Positions 39,531-52,362 are shown, counted from the first letter of the stretch. The stretch is 64,000 nucleotides of DNA from Felis catus (GCF_018350175.1 NC_058368.1:215886001-215950000), one strand, 5' to 3'. Notes: generated from the sequence alone by a model not told the origin. Made by a program: numbers and translations.

Positions 39531-40268
39531 TTTGGTGTTTTAATATAAAATAGAATGTCTTGTACTTTAAATTCACTCTAGGACAAAAGTGGAAGTACTC
39601 TTCTGGCATTTTTCATCTGTATCTTTAGAATTCTGTTGGGTCTTAATTTGTAATATTAATTCCAGAGTGTGTTTCCCTGCTTTTTAACCTATTTTAGATT
39701 TTATTGGGTATGAATTTCAGCTGAATGCTAAGTAACAATAAACAATTTGAGTATGTGTTAGAGAATAATGTCTAAAATATTGATGTGATCTTCTGTTGTT
39801 TTTCAGAGTAGATGAAGTAAAGGAAAAAAATGAGGATAATGAGGAGTGTATGTTATTAAAGTTTTCTGCCTAGTTATATGTACATTTTAGTCCTTTTGTG
39901 TTATGATTTTTATTCACTTCCTTGAGCTTTTCAGTTTCCCTGCTTATAGACTATAATTTTGACTCTTATTTACTGGAAACACATGCCACCTTTTCTAAAG
40001 ATTTGTAAGATATCTGAATTTTCATACAGCTTACCAGCTCAATCTTTTTTTTTTAGTTATTTCATCACCTAGTGAATATATATGCTCACATATTCAGAGA
40101 TTCAATTCAGGAAATAGTATAAGATTCAGGGTGAAAATCAAAGCATTTGTGTGTAAGTAGAAGATTTAAATTATTTTCATAAATGTTTCTTTGTTATACA
40201 TCTTTTTGGGGTTTTGTTTCAAGATCTCACACTAGCTTTTAACTGTTTCATAAGTTATATCCATGGGC

Positions 40269-40486
40269 AGGGTGTCTGGGTGGCTCAGTTGGTTAAGTGT
40301 AGAACTTTAGCTCAGGTCATGATCTCATGGTTCATGGGTTCAAGCCCCACGTCGGGCTGTGTGCTGACAGCTTAGAGCCTGGAGCCTGCTTCACATTCTG
40401 TGTCACCCTCTCTCTACCCCTCCCCCACTCATGCTCTGTTTCTCTCTCTCTAAAAATAAATAAACATTAAAAAAATTAAAAAAGAA
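40269..40486 (+). mobile_element. CanSINE
   Basis: TSD aagttatatccatggg / aagttatccatggg. Confidence 0.93.
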
Positions 40487-40698
40487 AAGTTATCCATGGG
40501 TGTTCCTAAATTGATGCCTCTGCCTATGGAAGCTTCAGAAAACTAAAATGGCCATTTCACTGGAGTTATCAAACTTTTCTAAATTATCCAGGAGGCACTG
40601 GAGCAGCATTGAGTCAAATGTCTAATGCAAGGTAAAGAAATTAACTAGCATTTTTTGCCCACATGCTCTTGCATATGACCATAGCAAAGAGAAAATCA

Positions 40699-40794
40699 GG
40701 GGTGTCTGGCTGGCTCACTTGGTATAACATGCAACTCTTGATCTCAGGGTTGGGAGTTCAAGCCCCACATTAGGCATGGAGCCTACTTTAAAAA
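40699..40794 (+). mobile_element. Short tRNA-like old carnivore SINE
   Basis: ggggtgtctggctggctca...gagttcaagccccac...ggagcctactttaaaa; TSD aaaatcag. Confidence 0.88.
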
Positions 40795-41819
40795 AAAATC
40801 AGAGAGAAGAACAAACATTTTGTGTAATCAGCATTTATTTAGTCTGCTTTTCCATGAGCCTTGACCTATCTATGGCATTATAGCATTATGTTTTATTATG
40901 TTCAGACTCTGTGGCTGGTGTATATGTGTATATATATAACTAATGATTACAAATTGTGTTAGGAGGGAAAAAAAACAACCAAAAAATTGTGTTAAGACAA
41001 TTCCTGTGGAGATTCTTGGAAAAAATAGTTAAAACATAGAAGGATGGTTAGTGCCTCCAAAGTAGTGCTATGAGTCCACCCACTGATAATCATTTTTGCT
41101 GTAAGTATATTACAGTGATAGATAATACATGAAATAATTACAAATCCAAGCTCCTAAAAACAGCTAAGTATCTACAAAAACAAAACCAAAAAAAAGCACA
41201 AGTCAAAAAATAATGAGCACATTTATGCCACTGTCTAAAGAGGTGTCAGTCCCACACGTGCAATGGTGGCCAGAAATTTGGCTCTTGAAGCATAAAAAAA
41301 TACTAACGACATTTCATACACTGATGAGAAATTGGATCCAGGCTCCTGGATTAAATTTAGGGGAGAGAACTAGAGACACGGAGGAAGGGAAGGATGTGGC
41401 AGGGGGTGGGGGAGCATGGATGATGCAAAGGAGACATGTTAAATAATAAGAAAAGAAAAAAGTTCTATAAGTAAGAGACAAACCTAATTCTAAGAAAGAT
41501 AGCTAATGAATTCTATAATTAAAATACAAATTCACAACAGGAAATAATAATGTCACTTAACTGAAAAAGATATTAAAATTATTTAAGATGTTTGCAAAGA
41601 CTGAATTAAAGATATGTCCTAAAATTTATAGGCAGACATTATTAAATGAAAAATTACATATATATGAGCAGAGCTAAGTAAATGCATTTTAAAAAATTAG
41701 AAATACTGAATAAGATTTATATAATGCATACTGTTGGGGATTTGAGAAACAATAGACTGCATACAAGCACATTAGTGAATTGCAACATAATCTTAAGAAT
41801 TCTATCACAAATGAAGCAG

Positions 41820-43130
41820 AGAGAAAGTTCACATCCTGCTAGTATGTAGGTAGTCACAAGAGAACTAGGAATGCTCTCTAACAGTGCAAACAAGTTAGAA
41901 AACCAACAAAACCATTTCAAAGCATGTAAGAGAGCTCGCGCCATGAAGGAAACCAATGAACTAGTGTCCAATTCGATGCATACATCTTGTCAGCAAAGAG
42001 GCCCACACCTGCTTTTACCTTTGGGGGAGCAATAGATGGAAGAAAAAGAGAGCGGGGTAAGAAGAAATCAGATGAGCATGCTAATGACCCTTTAATGGCA
42101 AACTGAGAGCTAGCTTAAGAGTAAACACTCTCTAGAGTAATAGATTCAAGGTCAGACTTGAAAAATCAGACAGTTACTTCCATTGGTCTTCACTAGGTGC
42201 TCACAGAGAGACTGAAGACAAGGCAGGACCCCAAGCGAGAACCCCCTGTGAGGTATAAATATCAGACCTAAAGAACTATTATGGCCAGGTAGAAAACTAA
42301 GATAAACACTATAGACACTTCAGGCGTTTACTTAACCCGGCAGCCTTCTGCATGCGGGGAAATAGCAGGAGAAGTGACAGAGACCGGGCTAAATACCAGT
42401 CTTGGGACCCATTAATAACAGAAATGTCTCTCTGAATCTTATAGTGAGTATCAAATACTGGATATCGACATGTGGAAGAGGAGAAGGAGAACTGAGAAAA
42501 AAGAGACACCTCTCCTAGTTTGCAATTGCCCAGGGCTAGCTGAAAGATGAAGGCAGGAAAAGCTAATTGAAATAGATATCCAGCAAAAATAGAAGCTTCT
42601 GGTCCTGAATTCAAATAATTAGAAGTATGCAATAAATGACCTGAATCTAACAAAAGCCAAGTGATGATGATGACAATAATGATAATGATAATAAAAAATA
42701 GAAGTATTTCAGCATAAACTTGATTGCCTCAAAGAAGTTTCAACTTGACAGATGAGAACACCTTAAATTTCTGTACACAAATATTACCTACTTCAATTCC
42801 AAAATGCCTGGAAATCAAGTGAAAAAATTATGAAGCATGAAAGAAGAAACACAGCATGGCTCATCATCAAGAAAGGGAACAGTCAATAAAACAAAATAGG
42901 TAACATATATCTTGGAATGATCACATCTGTACCTAAAATGATTAATATATATATACATAAACAATCTAGTAGATAAAAGGTAACAGCATTCATGACGCAT
43001 AGGGAAGAAAATAGATGATAGATAGATAGATAGATGATAAAAGACCCAATGGAAATGTGTTATATAACAAATAATTTTTGTGCTTGTCAGATAGCAAAGA
43101 AAAAATTCAATGAAATTGAAAACAGGTTCA
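41820..43130 (+). mobile_element. Probable very old L1M 5'/ORF1-region remnant
   Basis: A-rich degenerate sequence resembling old L1 5' ends; family not resolved. Confidence 0.3.
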
Positions 43131-43134
43131 AGAT

Positions 43135-43548
43135 ACAAATATATAAAGGCCTAAATGTGAGACCTGAAACCAGAAACTACTAAAAGAAAACGTAGGCAAT
43201 AATGTTTCGGACGTCAGCCTCAGCAAGATATTTATGGATTTGTCCCTTCAGGCAAGGTACGTGAAAAGGTGTTCAGCATCCCTAATCACCAGTAAAAAGC
43301 AAAACCACAATAAGATATCACCTCAAACATGGAAGTATGTCTATTATCCAAAAACAAGAGATAAAAATTGTTGGTGAACATGTGGGTAAAGGAAACCTAG
43401 TGCACTGTTGGTAGAATATAAATTAATAGAGCCACTGTAAAAAAACAGTTATGGAGGTTTCTAAAAAAAAAAAAAAAAAAAAAAATAGAACCACACTAGG
43501 ACGCAGCAGTACCACTTCTGGCTATTTATCTGAAGGAAATGAAATGAC
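43135..43548 (+). mobile_element. L1 ORF2 3' fragment with internal deletion near 43257
   Basis: cctaaatgtgagacctgaaacc...caggcaagg|tacgtgaaaaggtgttcagcatc...gtgcactgttggt...ccacttctggctatttatctgaagg. Confidence 0.8.
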
Positions 43549-43549
43549 A

Positions 43550-43964
43550 GCTGCAGAGTTCATGATAGTTTTAGTCACCAAGGTGTTCACGCGTCCGGTT
43601 AAATATCAATCTGGGGGGCGCCTGGGTGGCGCAGTCGGTTAAGCGTCCGACTTCAGCCAGGTCACGATCTCGCGGTCCGTGAGTTCCAGCCCCGCGTCGG
43701 GCTCTGGGCTGATGGCTCGGAGCCTGGAGCCTGTTTCCGATTCTGCGTCTCCCTCTCTCTCTGCCCCTCCCCCGTTCATGCTCTGTCTCTCTCTGTCCCA
43801 AAAATAAATAAAACGTTGAAAAAAAAATATATCAATCTGGTAACTCCAGAAGATGAGGCCCATGATCTCAAATCACTTATTCCTATAAAGGTCCTGTCCT
43901 TTAATTTATAAAATTAAAATCTCATGTTACCCGCCTGAGCTGTTTCAGATCATTCTTTGTCTCA
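43550..43964 (+). mobile_element. LTR-like fragment (possibly MER34 family) hosting a SINE
   Basis: ccggttaaatatcaatctggtaact...gctgtttcagatcattctttgtctca ends in CA like an LTR U5. Confidence 0.35.
43615..43828 (+). mobile_element. Very young SINEC_Fc
   Basis: Nearly all CpGs intact; TSD atatcaatctgg at 43603-43614 and 43829-43840. Confidence 0.96.
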
Positions 43965-44025
43965 TTTTTCTTTCAAGAGTCAGGAAAATTTACTAAAAAT
44001 TTAAAGTTTTAAGGCATTGGTCAAT

Positions 44026-44168
44026 ATCTATATCTGAATCATCATCTATATCTGTCTATACCTATATCTATATCTATATCATCTATATCTATATCATCAT
44101 CTGATCTATATATCTATCTATATCATCATCTATCTATATCTATATATCTATATCTATATGTATCTATA
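44026..44168. repeat. Degenerate (TATATC/TATC)n repeat
   Basis: Directly visible. Confidence 0.85.
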
Positions 44169-44492
44169 TACAGGGAGAGAAAGAGAGGCCAAAGCAAATT
44201 AAGAAATAAAACATAGACATATAAATTTAAAATATAATGCAAACTTTGCTATTAATAAATAGTAAAAATTTAGATTTATTACATAATAAAGATTTAGATT
44301 TGTGGCCAGGGACTAAGAACCTATGAATTGTCATTTTTGCTGTCCAGATCATGAGATTCCCAATGTGAAGAATACTTATTTATCAGTATCTTATTTATAT
44401 CAGTTGTTCAAGATGTTAAAATAAAGAAATTCATCTAATGTATTTTAAGAAGATATAATTACCTTCATACACTCTCTTTCACACCCATGCAT

Positions 44493-44493
44493 G

Positions 44494-44531
<38 letters not shown>
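44493..44531. repeat. (GC)(CA)n microsatellite
   Basis: Directly visible. Confidence 0.95.
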
Positions 44532-44532
<1 letters not shown>

Positions 44533-45969
44533 GGAAGACGTGTGTTCAGTAGGACTGGTAGCCAGATATAATCTTCCACCTCCACCTCCGGAACAAATTT
44601 TTAAAGACCTAGTGCAGCATCTATACTTATTCTCAGATTCAACACTTCCAAACAGGTTTAAGGTAAAAAAATATAATCTCTGACTCCACAGAACTTTCTA
44701 ACCAGTAGAAGAGATAAATTTGTAATAATGTAGATGCAGTAAAAAACAAAATGTGAAAGATGATGTAATAAAAGTACCAGAAACTGTAAACTAAATAAAC
44801 GATTCAGTAGAAAGAGGGTAAGGAGCGGGTGAGAAGAAACAGAAACAGTCGATACTGCCCAAGGTAGAGTGACTGGACACTAAGGTTCATTTAGGGACTT
44901 ACAATACAATTGCAATAACAGAGCCGTTCATATTCTAGATTGTTCTGCATCCAGTTAATTGAAAGTAATCTGGAAATTCAAAACAGCCTTCCTCTGGATA
45001 TTTGCTCACTTCCAACGCAGGAACATTTTTATGATGTGTTTAGCTAGCAGATTAGTAAAGTGGGTAAGTCAGAAAGATTCAGCTTGCTAATTAGCGTTTT
45101 TAATGAGTTTTTGCTATGTCTCTCCTTAGCAGTCTATTTACCACTTTCCATACTGTAGTTTAGAAGCCAAAATCCTAGTGGGTTTCAATTAACTCAAAGT
45201 ATTTCTACTAAAATCAGCCCAGTCGTAATATTTAATGAATTTAATCAATAGCAGAGATAGTAATAATAAGGTGAAGTATAAAAGAGCATAAGATAGTAAT
45301 AATGAGGCAACATATAATAAGTATATAAATATGCACATAAATACATAATACATCCAAACATTAAAATAAAATCAAAATAGAAATGTGTTTATGAAGAATT
45401 CAATAAAAAGTACCTGTATTATACATATCTGCAATATTTATTTAAATGAAGATTTCATGAATTTATAGTTGAATTCAAGCTATCTTAATCTTATAAATTA
45501 CATACTATGTGATAGATTATTTTGTTTGCAAATTCTGTGGCATTGGTCAATACAGTGTAACTTATAAGCAATACCTTTATATCTACTACATTAATTAATT
45601 AGCATATTGTTGTTTTATTATTATACTTTCATGGTAAATTCTAGTTTGGCACATACAATAGCAAAATGAAGAAGTATCTGTCTATCTATTGAGGGACAGC
45701 CTACAGTCCAGAACAACTCCTAATTAAGAAAACCTTAATGATGCCGTATATTATCTGTGTTTTACTTCATTACAATTTCCCATCAGAGAGAAAATTTAAA
45801 GTTTGGATTCAGACTTGGTGAATGCTAAACTTTGTATGAAGTTGAGATTACTTAACTCTTTCCAAAGTGAGAAGCTTCTTTGAACTTTCCTGGCTATTTT
45901 TATGGAGGATGAAGCACACTGATTTTCAACAAAATCTTTTTTTTCCCCTTTTTATACAGCTCTCATTGG

Positions 45970-46353
45970 GAAGTGACTTCTCAGCTAAGAGATGACATTA
46001 CCTAGACCCTTTCTGTGGTGGTAAAAAGAGCTGTCTCCAATGGAAGCGAACATGAAAGTAAAACAAGATGTGTCTCGGTGAAGTGAACTATGAATCAGAA
46101 CACCTTCCTCTTGCTTTCTCTTTACCTACTCGAGGACTGAGGACAGAAGTCTCTTGAGTGTCTGGGGGACAGAAGAACCACCATCTGGAAGCAATCTGGT
46201 TCCTAAATAACCCTACAGAGGAGACAATCTCACATCAAACGGGAATCCACCCACATGAGCTAGCTAAGCGAGTGAGATATAAAGTTCTCTTGTGTTAAGG
46301 CATTGAAATTTAGGGGGTTATATTTTGGATTATGGAGAGCTATGCTAACTACA
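45970..46353 (+). mobile_element. MLT1H-like MaLR LTR
   Basis: agccaca-like agaaccaccatctggaagcaatctggttcct...gagtgagatataaagttctcttgtgttaaggcattgaaatttaggggg. Confidence 0.7.
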
Positions 46354-46492
46354 GAAAGAATTTAGGATTCCTCTATACGCATAAATTTTTTAATCGCATG
46401 ATCTCAGTGATCATTTGAATGTTTATTAGCTACATTTATATTGGCTTTCTAACAATGACCTATCAAATGAAATCAAATCACCTATCAAATCA

Positions 46493-46495
<3 letters not shown>

Positions 46496-46528
<33 letters not shown>
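46496..46528. repeat. (TG)n microsatellite
   Basis: Directly visible. Confidence 0.95.
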
Positions 46529-46530
<2 letters not shown>

Positions 46531-47705
46531 CCACATCAATTATGCATATTTAAAGGATAGGATAGGGTCAAAGGTTGAATGTTAATATTTAGAAAGCTAC
46601 CTCAAGAGCAACAAACATATATACACACATTCACACACACACACATTTTTATTTATCCTGCTCACCAACATGCTGTAGAATGAAAAGGCACGTATGAAAA
46701 CATGTTTTCTTTCTCTAGGGATTACTTCATCTTCTCTTTCCACATTATTTTATCATGCACATTGTGTTGGGGATTTGGGAGCCCTATTATTAAAGCAATC
46801 CTTAATCTTAAGGGAAAGAAATAAGCTGGTGGTACAGATGTGATCTAAGAGAAGACAATAAGCTTTCAGAAAGTTCAATGAAATCATGTAACAGGAGGAA
46901 TATACACAGCACCAGTTTCCCTTTGAAATCTATGATTATATCAGATTTCCCTTTGAAATATATCATTATATGAGATTAACTTTAAATCCTCTCAGTTATT
47001 ACATATTAATGATTAGAGGCAATATAGCCAAAATATGAAAAGAGGAAAAGTCAGTTAATAACCGTTAGTAAAAAATATTTCATTTCTTTACCAATTATAT
47101 AATTATATTAATAAAATTCCTATACATAGCTACCAGAAATTTGAAAGGGTGAGTATGAGTTTGACTTCAAACACTGCTATCACGATAGGATCAAAATCCT
47201 TGATTTGCAAAGACTTCCCTCCAGCTGTTCAGTCACACCTCACTGGCCAAGGAGTAGGCACCTCCCTTATGCCAGAACAATCCGATTTTTGTCCCAAAGA
47301 ATTTTTAATCGGTGATGTTAGAAACAGTTTCTCACATATAAACTAATGTTGGAAGAAGAATGCTCTTTGACTTGCAGAAATGTCTCAGCAAAATTTAGCA
47401 GCATTAATAGCCTATTTTGGAATAGAGGAAAGACAACTACTGCATCACTTTTCTGAGCAATAGAAGTACTCTATCATTGAAATCTGGAAACTTAATTCTT
47501 CTCTGTGTGTAAAACTTTAACTTCTCATAGTTCACCCTATAGCAGTTAAGAACTTTGTTCCAAGTGGTCTCACTCTCCATTTCTTTTGGCAAAGCATGAC
47601 ACAATCAGTAGCTCTAAGTTTTACTTTCTTTTCTGATACATGTATTTATGAAACCTTATGGAAAGTAAAACTGATCACTTGAAACCTTGTGTAATTTACT
47701 CTATT

Positions 47706-47908
47706 TAAAAAAAAACTAATCTTTATTTTTGAGAGAGAGACAGCATGTGAGCAGGGGAAGAGCAGAGAGAGAGACACAGAATCTGAAGCAGGCTCCAGGT
47801 TCTGAGCTGTCAGCACAGAGCCTGATGCAGGGCTCCAACTCACTAACTGTGAGATCATGACCTGAGCCGAAGTCGGACACTCAACCGACTGAGCCACCCA
47901 GGTGCCCC
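47706..47908 (-). mobile_element. CanSINE
   Basis: TSD taatttactctatt at 47692-47705 and 47909-47922. Confidence 0.95.
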
Positions 47909-48400
47909 TAATTTACTCTATTAATTGTAAAAATTTGTGTAATATATAAGACTCTAGGCAATAGGGTTAGATCCTGAGGTTATATGTGGTTGAGGCTCAA
48001 AAAAACATGCCTTTACATATTGTTTAAAGGTGTTACTGTAATTTATTCACTAAAGAACTAAGCAACATATCATACATTTTTTGGCAAGTTTGCTCTTGCT
48101 TGATAAATTTTTATAAGAACACTTCATTTATTTGCCCTTGGAAACCATTTTATTTTGCATGGAATATGCAAGGTTCAGCTTATTCTATTTATTGTACATT
48201 CACTGCATGATTGATTCTAAGAGCCAGGTGGGAAGACCCTAAACCACATTTAAGCAGAATGAATGCATTGTCTCCCAAGGAATAGACTTCTGTTGATGAA
48301 GAGGGGTGACCAGCAGGACACAGGATGGGTCTGGACAAGTATCAAGGTTATCCCTTTGCCAGTGGGTGAATGGACTCTGCCTTAAGACATCAGACAAAGT

Positions 48401-48524
48401 GGGGCATCTGGGTGGCTCCGTCTGTTAAGCACCCAACTCTTGGTTTCAGTTCAGGTTATGATCTCACAGTTTGTGAGTTCCAGCCCCACTCTCCACACAC
48501 TGAGAGTGTGGAGCCTGCTTGGGA

Positions 48525-48615
<91 letters not shown>
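48401..48615 (+). mobile_element. CanSINE truncated in a (CT)n(GT)n microsatellite, no tail
   Basis: ggggcatctgggtggctc head; CT tract runs into (GT)n; no AATAAA/A tail and no downstream TSD. Confidence 0.88.
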
Positions 48616-48617
<2 letters not shown>

Positions 48618-49419
48618 GCTTTTACTTGGCTCACACTGAGAGTAGCCAGGACAGTCTATAGAGTGACCCCATTCAGAGAACGCAGAGGTCCACCCTTCCA
48701 GGAAGAAACCAGGCAGGTAGCAGAGAGAACAGTAAAAGACTCCTGCATCACAGGAATGCCCTGTCACAGCAGCAACAACCCTGGAGACAGAGGTGCCAGT
48801 GTGGAAGGGGAAGCTGGGTGTCACTGGCTTGAACGACTTCACGTTGCCCCTATCTGGTCCACGGCCCACTTACAGCCAACTGGTAGACGGAAGCATTGAG
48901 AAATGGACATGCATCTTACTTCTTCCTCTTGAACCTCTTCCACACCTCCACTCTTCAGGTCACATGAGACAAAGGTGCCATTTTGCCATGAGACCTCAGT
49001 GCTACATAGGTGAGGAAGATAAAGCTGAAGCCAAGGACCATCACACAGAGAATCCTGCCCATCCCCGGGGTGGGTCTGCACAGAAGTGCCCCCCACCCTG
49101 AGGCTAGAAGGGAACAGGCTGTTAGGCTACACTCTGGGTCCTTCCAACAGTTAATACGAGGATAAATTCACATCAGCCGATGTCCAGCCACCCGACAGAC
49201 CAGGCTAGGGAGGCAGCTCCACAAAGATGTATGGTTCTTTTCTGTTCATTTTAAAGATTAAAGTGAAGGGACATAGCCAAAACCATTTGCCCATGTTTCA
49301 AAATCCACTCTAAGGAGTATAATAGACAGATAGAGGCGATGTGTACCATAAACACAAGGATGGGTATATCAACAAACACATTCTTAGTCCTCTCTTGTAT
49401 GCAATATCTGTTTCTGTTT

Positions 49420-49558
49420 TTGACTTTTTTCAACTTTGCTGAGGTATAAACTGACAAATAAAATCATAATAAGTTTAAAGTGTACAACGTGGTTTGATAT
49501 ACGTGTGTATTCCTTTTAAAAGGATTCCCACAATGTAGTTAATTAGCAAGCATATCCG

Positions 49559-49605
<47 letters not shown>

Positions 49606-49720
49606 TGTGATGATGACACTTCATGTCAGTAAATTTCAATTATACAATACTACACTATCAACTACAGCCATGGTCACAACATTATACATTAGATCTTCAG
49701 AACTTACTTATCGTAAAATG
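49420..49720 (-). mobile_element. L1MA9/10-like 3' end containing (TG)n
   Basis: actttgctgaggtataaactgacaaataaaa...aaagtgtacaacgtg...tacattagatcttcagaactta. Confidence 0.8.
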
Positions 49721-50853
49721 TGGAGACTGTCACCACTTTGGGGAGGAGGTCCCAAGGTAAACCTGAGCGCTGACTGAGAGATAGGGGGGAATAGGGCAGC
49801 TTGGCAGTAGAAAGCTGAGAAGCTGGGCTACCAAGAGGCTTGACTTTTCTGTCGGTTCAGTGAGTCGATGTAATGAAAAATGGCTCCCAGAGCATAACTA
49901 GTCTTAACATTGTCAATTTTCTGAGTCAGCTTTAGCACTTTGTTCCCTAGAAACATGAATTCTTGAGGTAGCAAGCTGACATAGGTGATATCCATGCATA
50001 CATACAAAAGGCTTTTTCTGTGGATGAGTCTCCATTGTCTAACACACACACTTGTTTGAAGTCTCAAAGTCTCCAGCCACAAGACTGCCTCCTTTATCTG
50101 TATCTAGAAGGCCAAAATTTGCTGCAAAATCATGGTAGTAGGAAAATACATAAAAATCCAAGTTCTTCACTTCTTCCATTTGGCTTGCTTTGTTTTAAAA
50201 GCTCGCTTTGTTTGTTCAGTCCCTCTGCTAGCACACAACACATGGCAGCTAACCACTTTTTGTCCCGATAATCTGTATATTATTTCAACATGTTCCTATT
50301 CTCCTTTGAAACTGGAGACAAACCAGGGCTGAGCAACTCCTTTCCGACTTTAGCAGATTCTTTTCCATACTAATTCCAAGCCTGGCCAACATCAATACAA
50401 GACCCAGTAGATGTAGAAATGGAAATTATAGGTTCTGTTAAACATCTGGAACAATGGTATGTTAATGACTGGGGATGTCAGAAGGGTGCTCTCAACTCTT
50501 GGAAGTAAGATGAACTGAGTGGATCTTCCCCACAAATCCAGCATGCCTACACTGCTTCCTCTTGGGGGGCCTTCAACCACCCATTAGGAAGCTGACTGTG
50601 ATCCATGATGAAATGTCTTCATTTATTCCATTCATGGTGAAAACACAGTCCTCTCCTACATGGAAGAAGATGCCTTAAACATTTCTTTCACCTCATTTCT
50701 TTATAGTTGCTTCTGAGCCTTTTATCCTAATAATAGGTATAAATTTGTTGTTCTCTCAAGGAACAAAGAGGTGACCTTTCAGAAGGCAAAATGAATTTCC
50801 TGTTTAACACTCTCTCTTACTACTCTTTCAAGATCATGATAATAAGCAGAAAT

Positions 50854-51037
50854 GGGGGCGCCTGGGTGGCGCAGTCGGTTAAGCGTCCGACTTCAGCCAG
50901 GTCACGATCTCGCGGTCTGTGAGTTCGAGCCCCGCGTCGGGCGTCTCCCTCTCTCTCTGCCCCTCCCCCGTTCATGCTCTGTCTCTCTCAGTCCCAAAAA
51001 TAAATAAACGTTGGGAAAAAAAAAATTAAAAAAAAAC
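50854..51037 (+). mobile_element. Young SINEC_Fc with 44-bp internal deletion and no TSD
   Basis: cccgcgtcgggc|gtctccct compared with the 43615 copy. Confidence 0.93.
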
Positions 51038-51549
51038 ATTTTATCATCTCATTTTTGCTCTTTCCAAAGCCTTTTCACAGAATTCATTGGTAGCAGAGGC
51101 ACTTCCAAACTTCTGTACACAAATGGCCATTCATATCCCTGGCTTTCCACATGTGCTTTGCATGGCCTCCTTTGTCCCATCCATGGTTGCCAGTGTCATT
51201 CCTTTGGTCTGCACCAAAAGTGCACCAAAGGTAGGTGGAGGCTGCCTTCTGTTCTTCTGCGAGCTTCTCTAAGAACACTTAAGTATAGAAATCACAAATT
51301 AAACTTGTTTCGAATTAAATATAAACTGCGACAACAACACTTAGCTTGAACACATGGAGATACTTGAACCTAATGTATACATTTTTCTCTGTAATGTTAA
51401 TACAATTCTAATATTCAAACACCACATATAAATTCATAATAGACATTTAGAAATATATTGACATAATAGACAATACTGCATTTAGGTGATCTTAAATATC
51501 TCACAGTATTTCACTGATATATTTTTAAATTATGAAGTAAAATCAACAT

Positions 51550-52362
51550 GTTTAAATTCACTATTCTTCTGTTGCAAAGTCTATTAACTTCAATTATCTT
51601 GGCTTAGACCAAGCTTCATAGATTAAGAGCATGGTCCTCCACAAGCCCTCACTTTAGACAGCAGCTGCAAGTTTGAGAGTCCCTGGGCAACAATCAGTTC
51701 TGACCAGCTGGCTATAAATTGGAGAGTTTTCACTACCTCTTCATGTTGGATAATTTGCTAGAATAATTTACAAAACTCCAAAAGAGTTATACTTTTGATT
51801 ACAGTTTTATTACAGCAAAAGGATACAAATCAAAGCAGCCGAAGGCAGAGCATATAGAGCAAGGTCCTGGAGGATTCCAAACATAACACTTCTGTTGTCC
51901 TCCTCCTGTGGTGTCAGGTAACAACCTCTCAGCACATCACTGTGTGATAACACACAGCATTGCCAACTGGGACACTCACCCAGGCTACATTTTCTACAGT
52001 TTTTGTTGGAGTTGCATTATTTGTGGATTGTTGATGGAATCATTCATCATGCTATTGAACTGAAATTTCTGGCCTTCTCCACTCTCTAGAGATCTGGCTG
52101 ATATCATGTGATAGAAAGCTCTAAGCCTTACGTGATTTGTCTTCCTCTCTGGAATGGCCAACTTCTATCCTGAGTCATCTCCTTAGCACAAACTATGCAG
52201 CCCCCCTCCCCCCGCCCCACTGAGCCACCTCAGCATAAACCTGTAGGTGCCCTTGAAGTCCACCATGAAAATCAAGGACATTCTTATGACCAAGGAAAGT
52301 CCAAGGGTTTAGAGGTTACTTCCCAAGAACTTAGACAAAAGTCATCCACGTTTGTTGTTACA
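51550..52362 (-). mobile_element. MER21-like LTR
   Basis: ttctgaccagctggctataaatt...gataatttgctagaa...ttacagttttattacagcaaaaggataca...ccaagggtttagaggttacttcccaagaac. Confidence 0.8.

Noticed and set aside
40699..40794. Possible tRNA gene
   Set aside because: A tail, TSD and degraded stems indicate a tRNA-derived SINE
48840..48865. CTCF-like motif on the minus strand
   Set aside because: Spacing does not fit the CCASYAGRKGGC core
50604..50716. C/D box snoRNA candidate (ATGATGA...CTGA)
   Set aside because: No terminal stem and no recognisable rRNA-complementary guide
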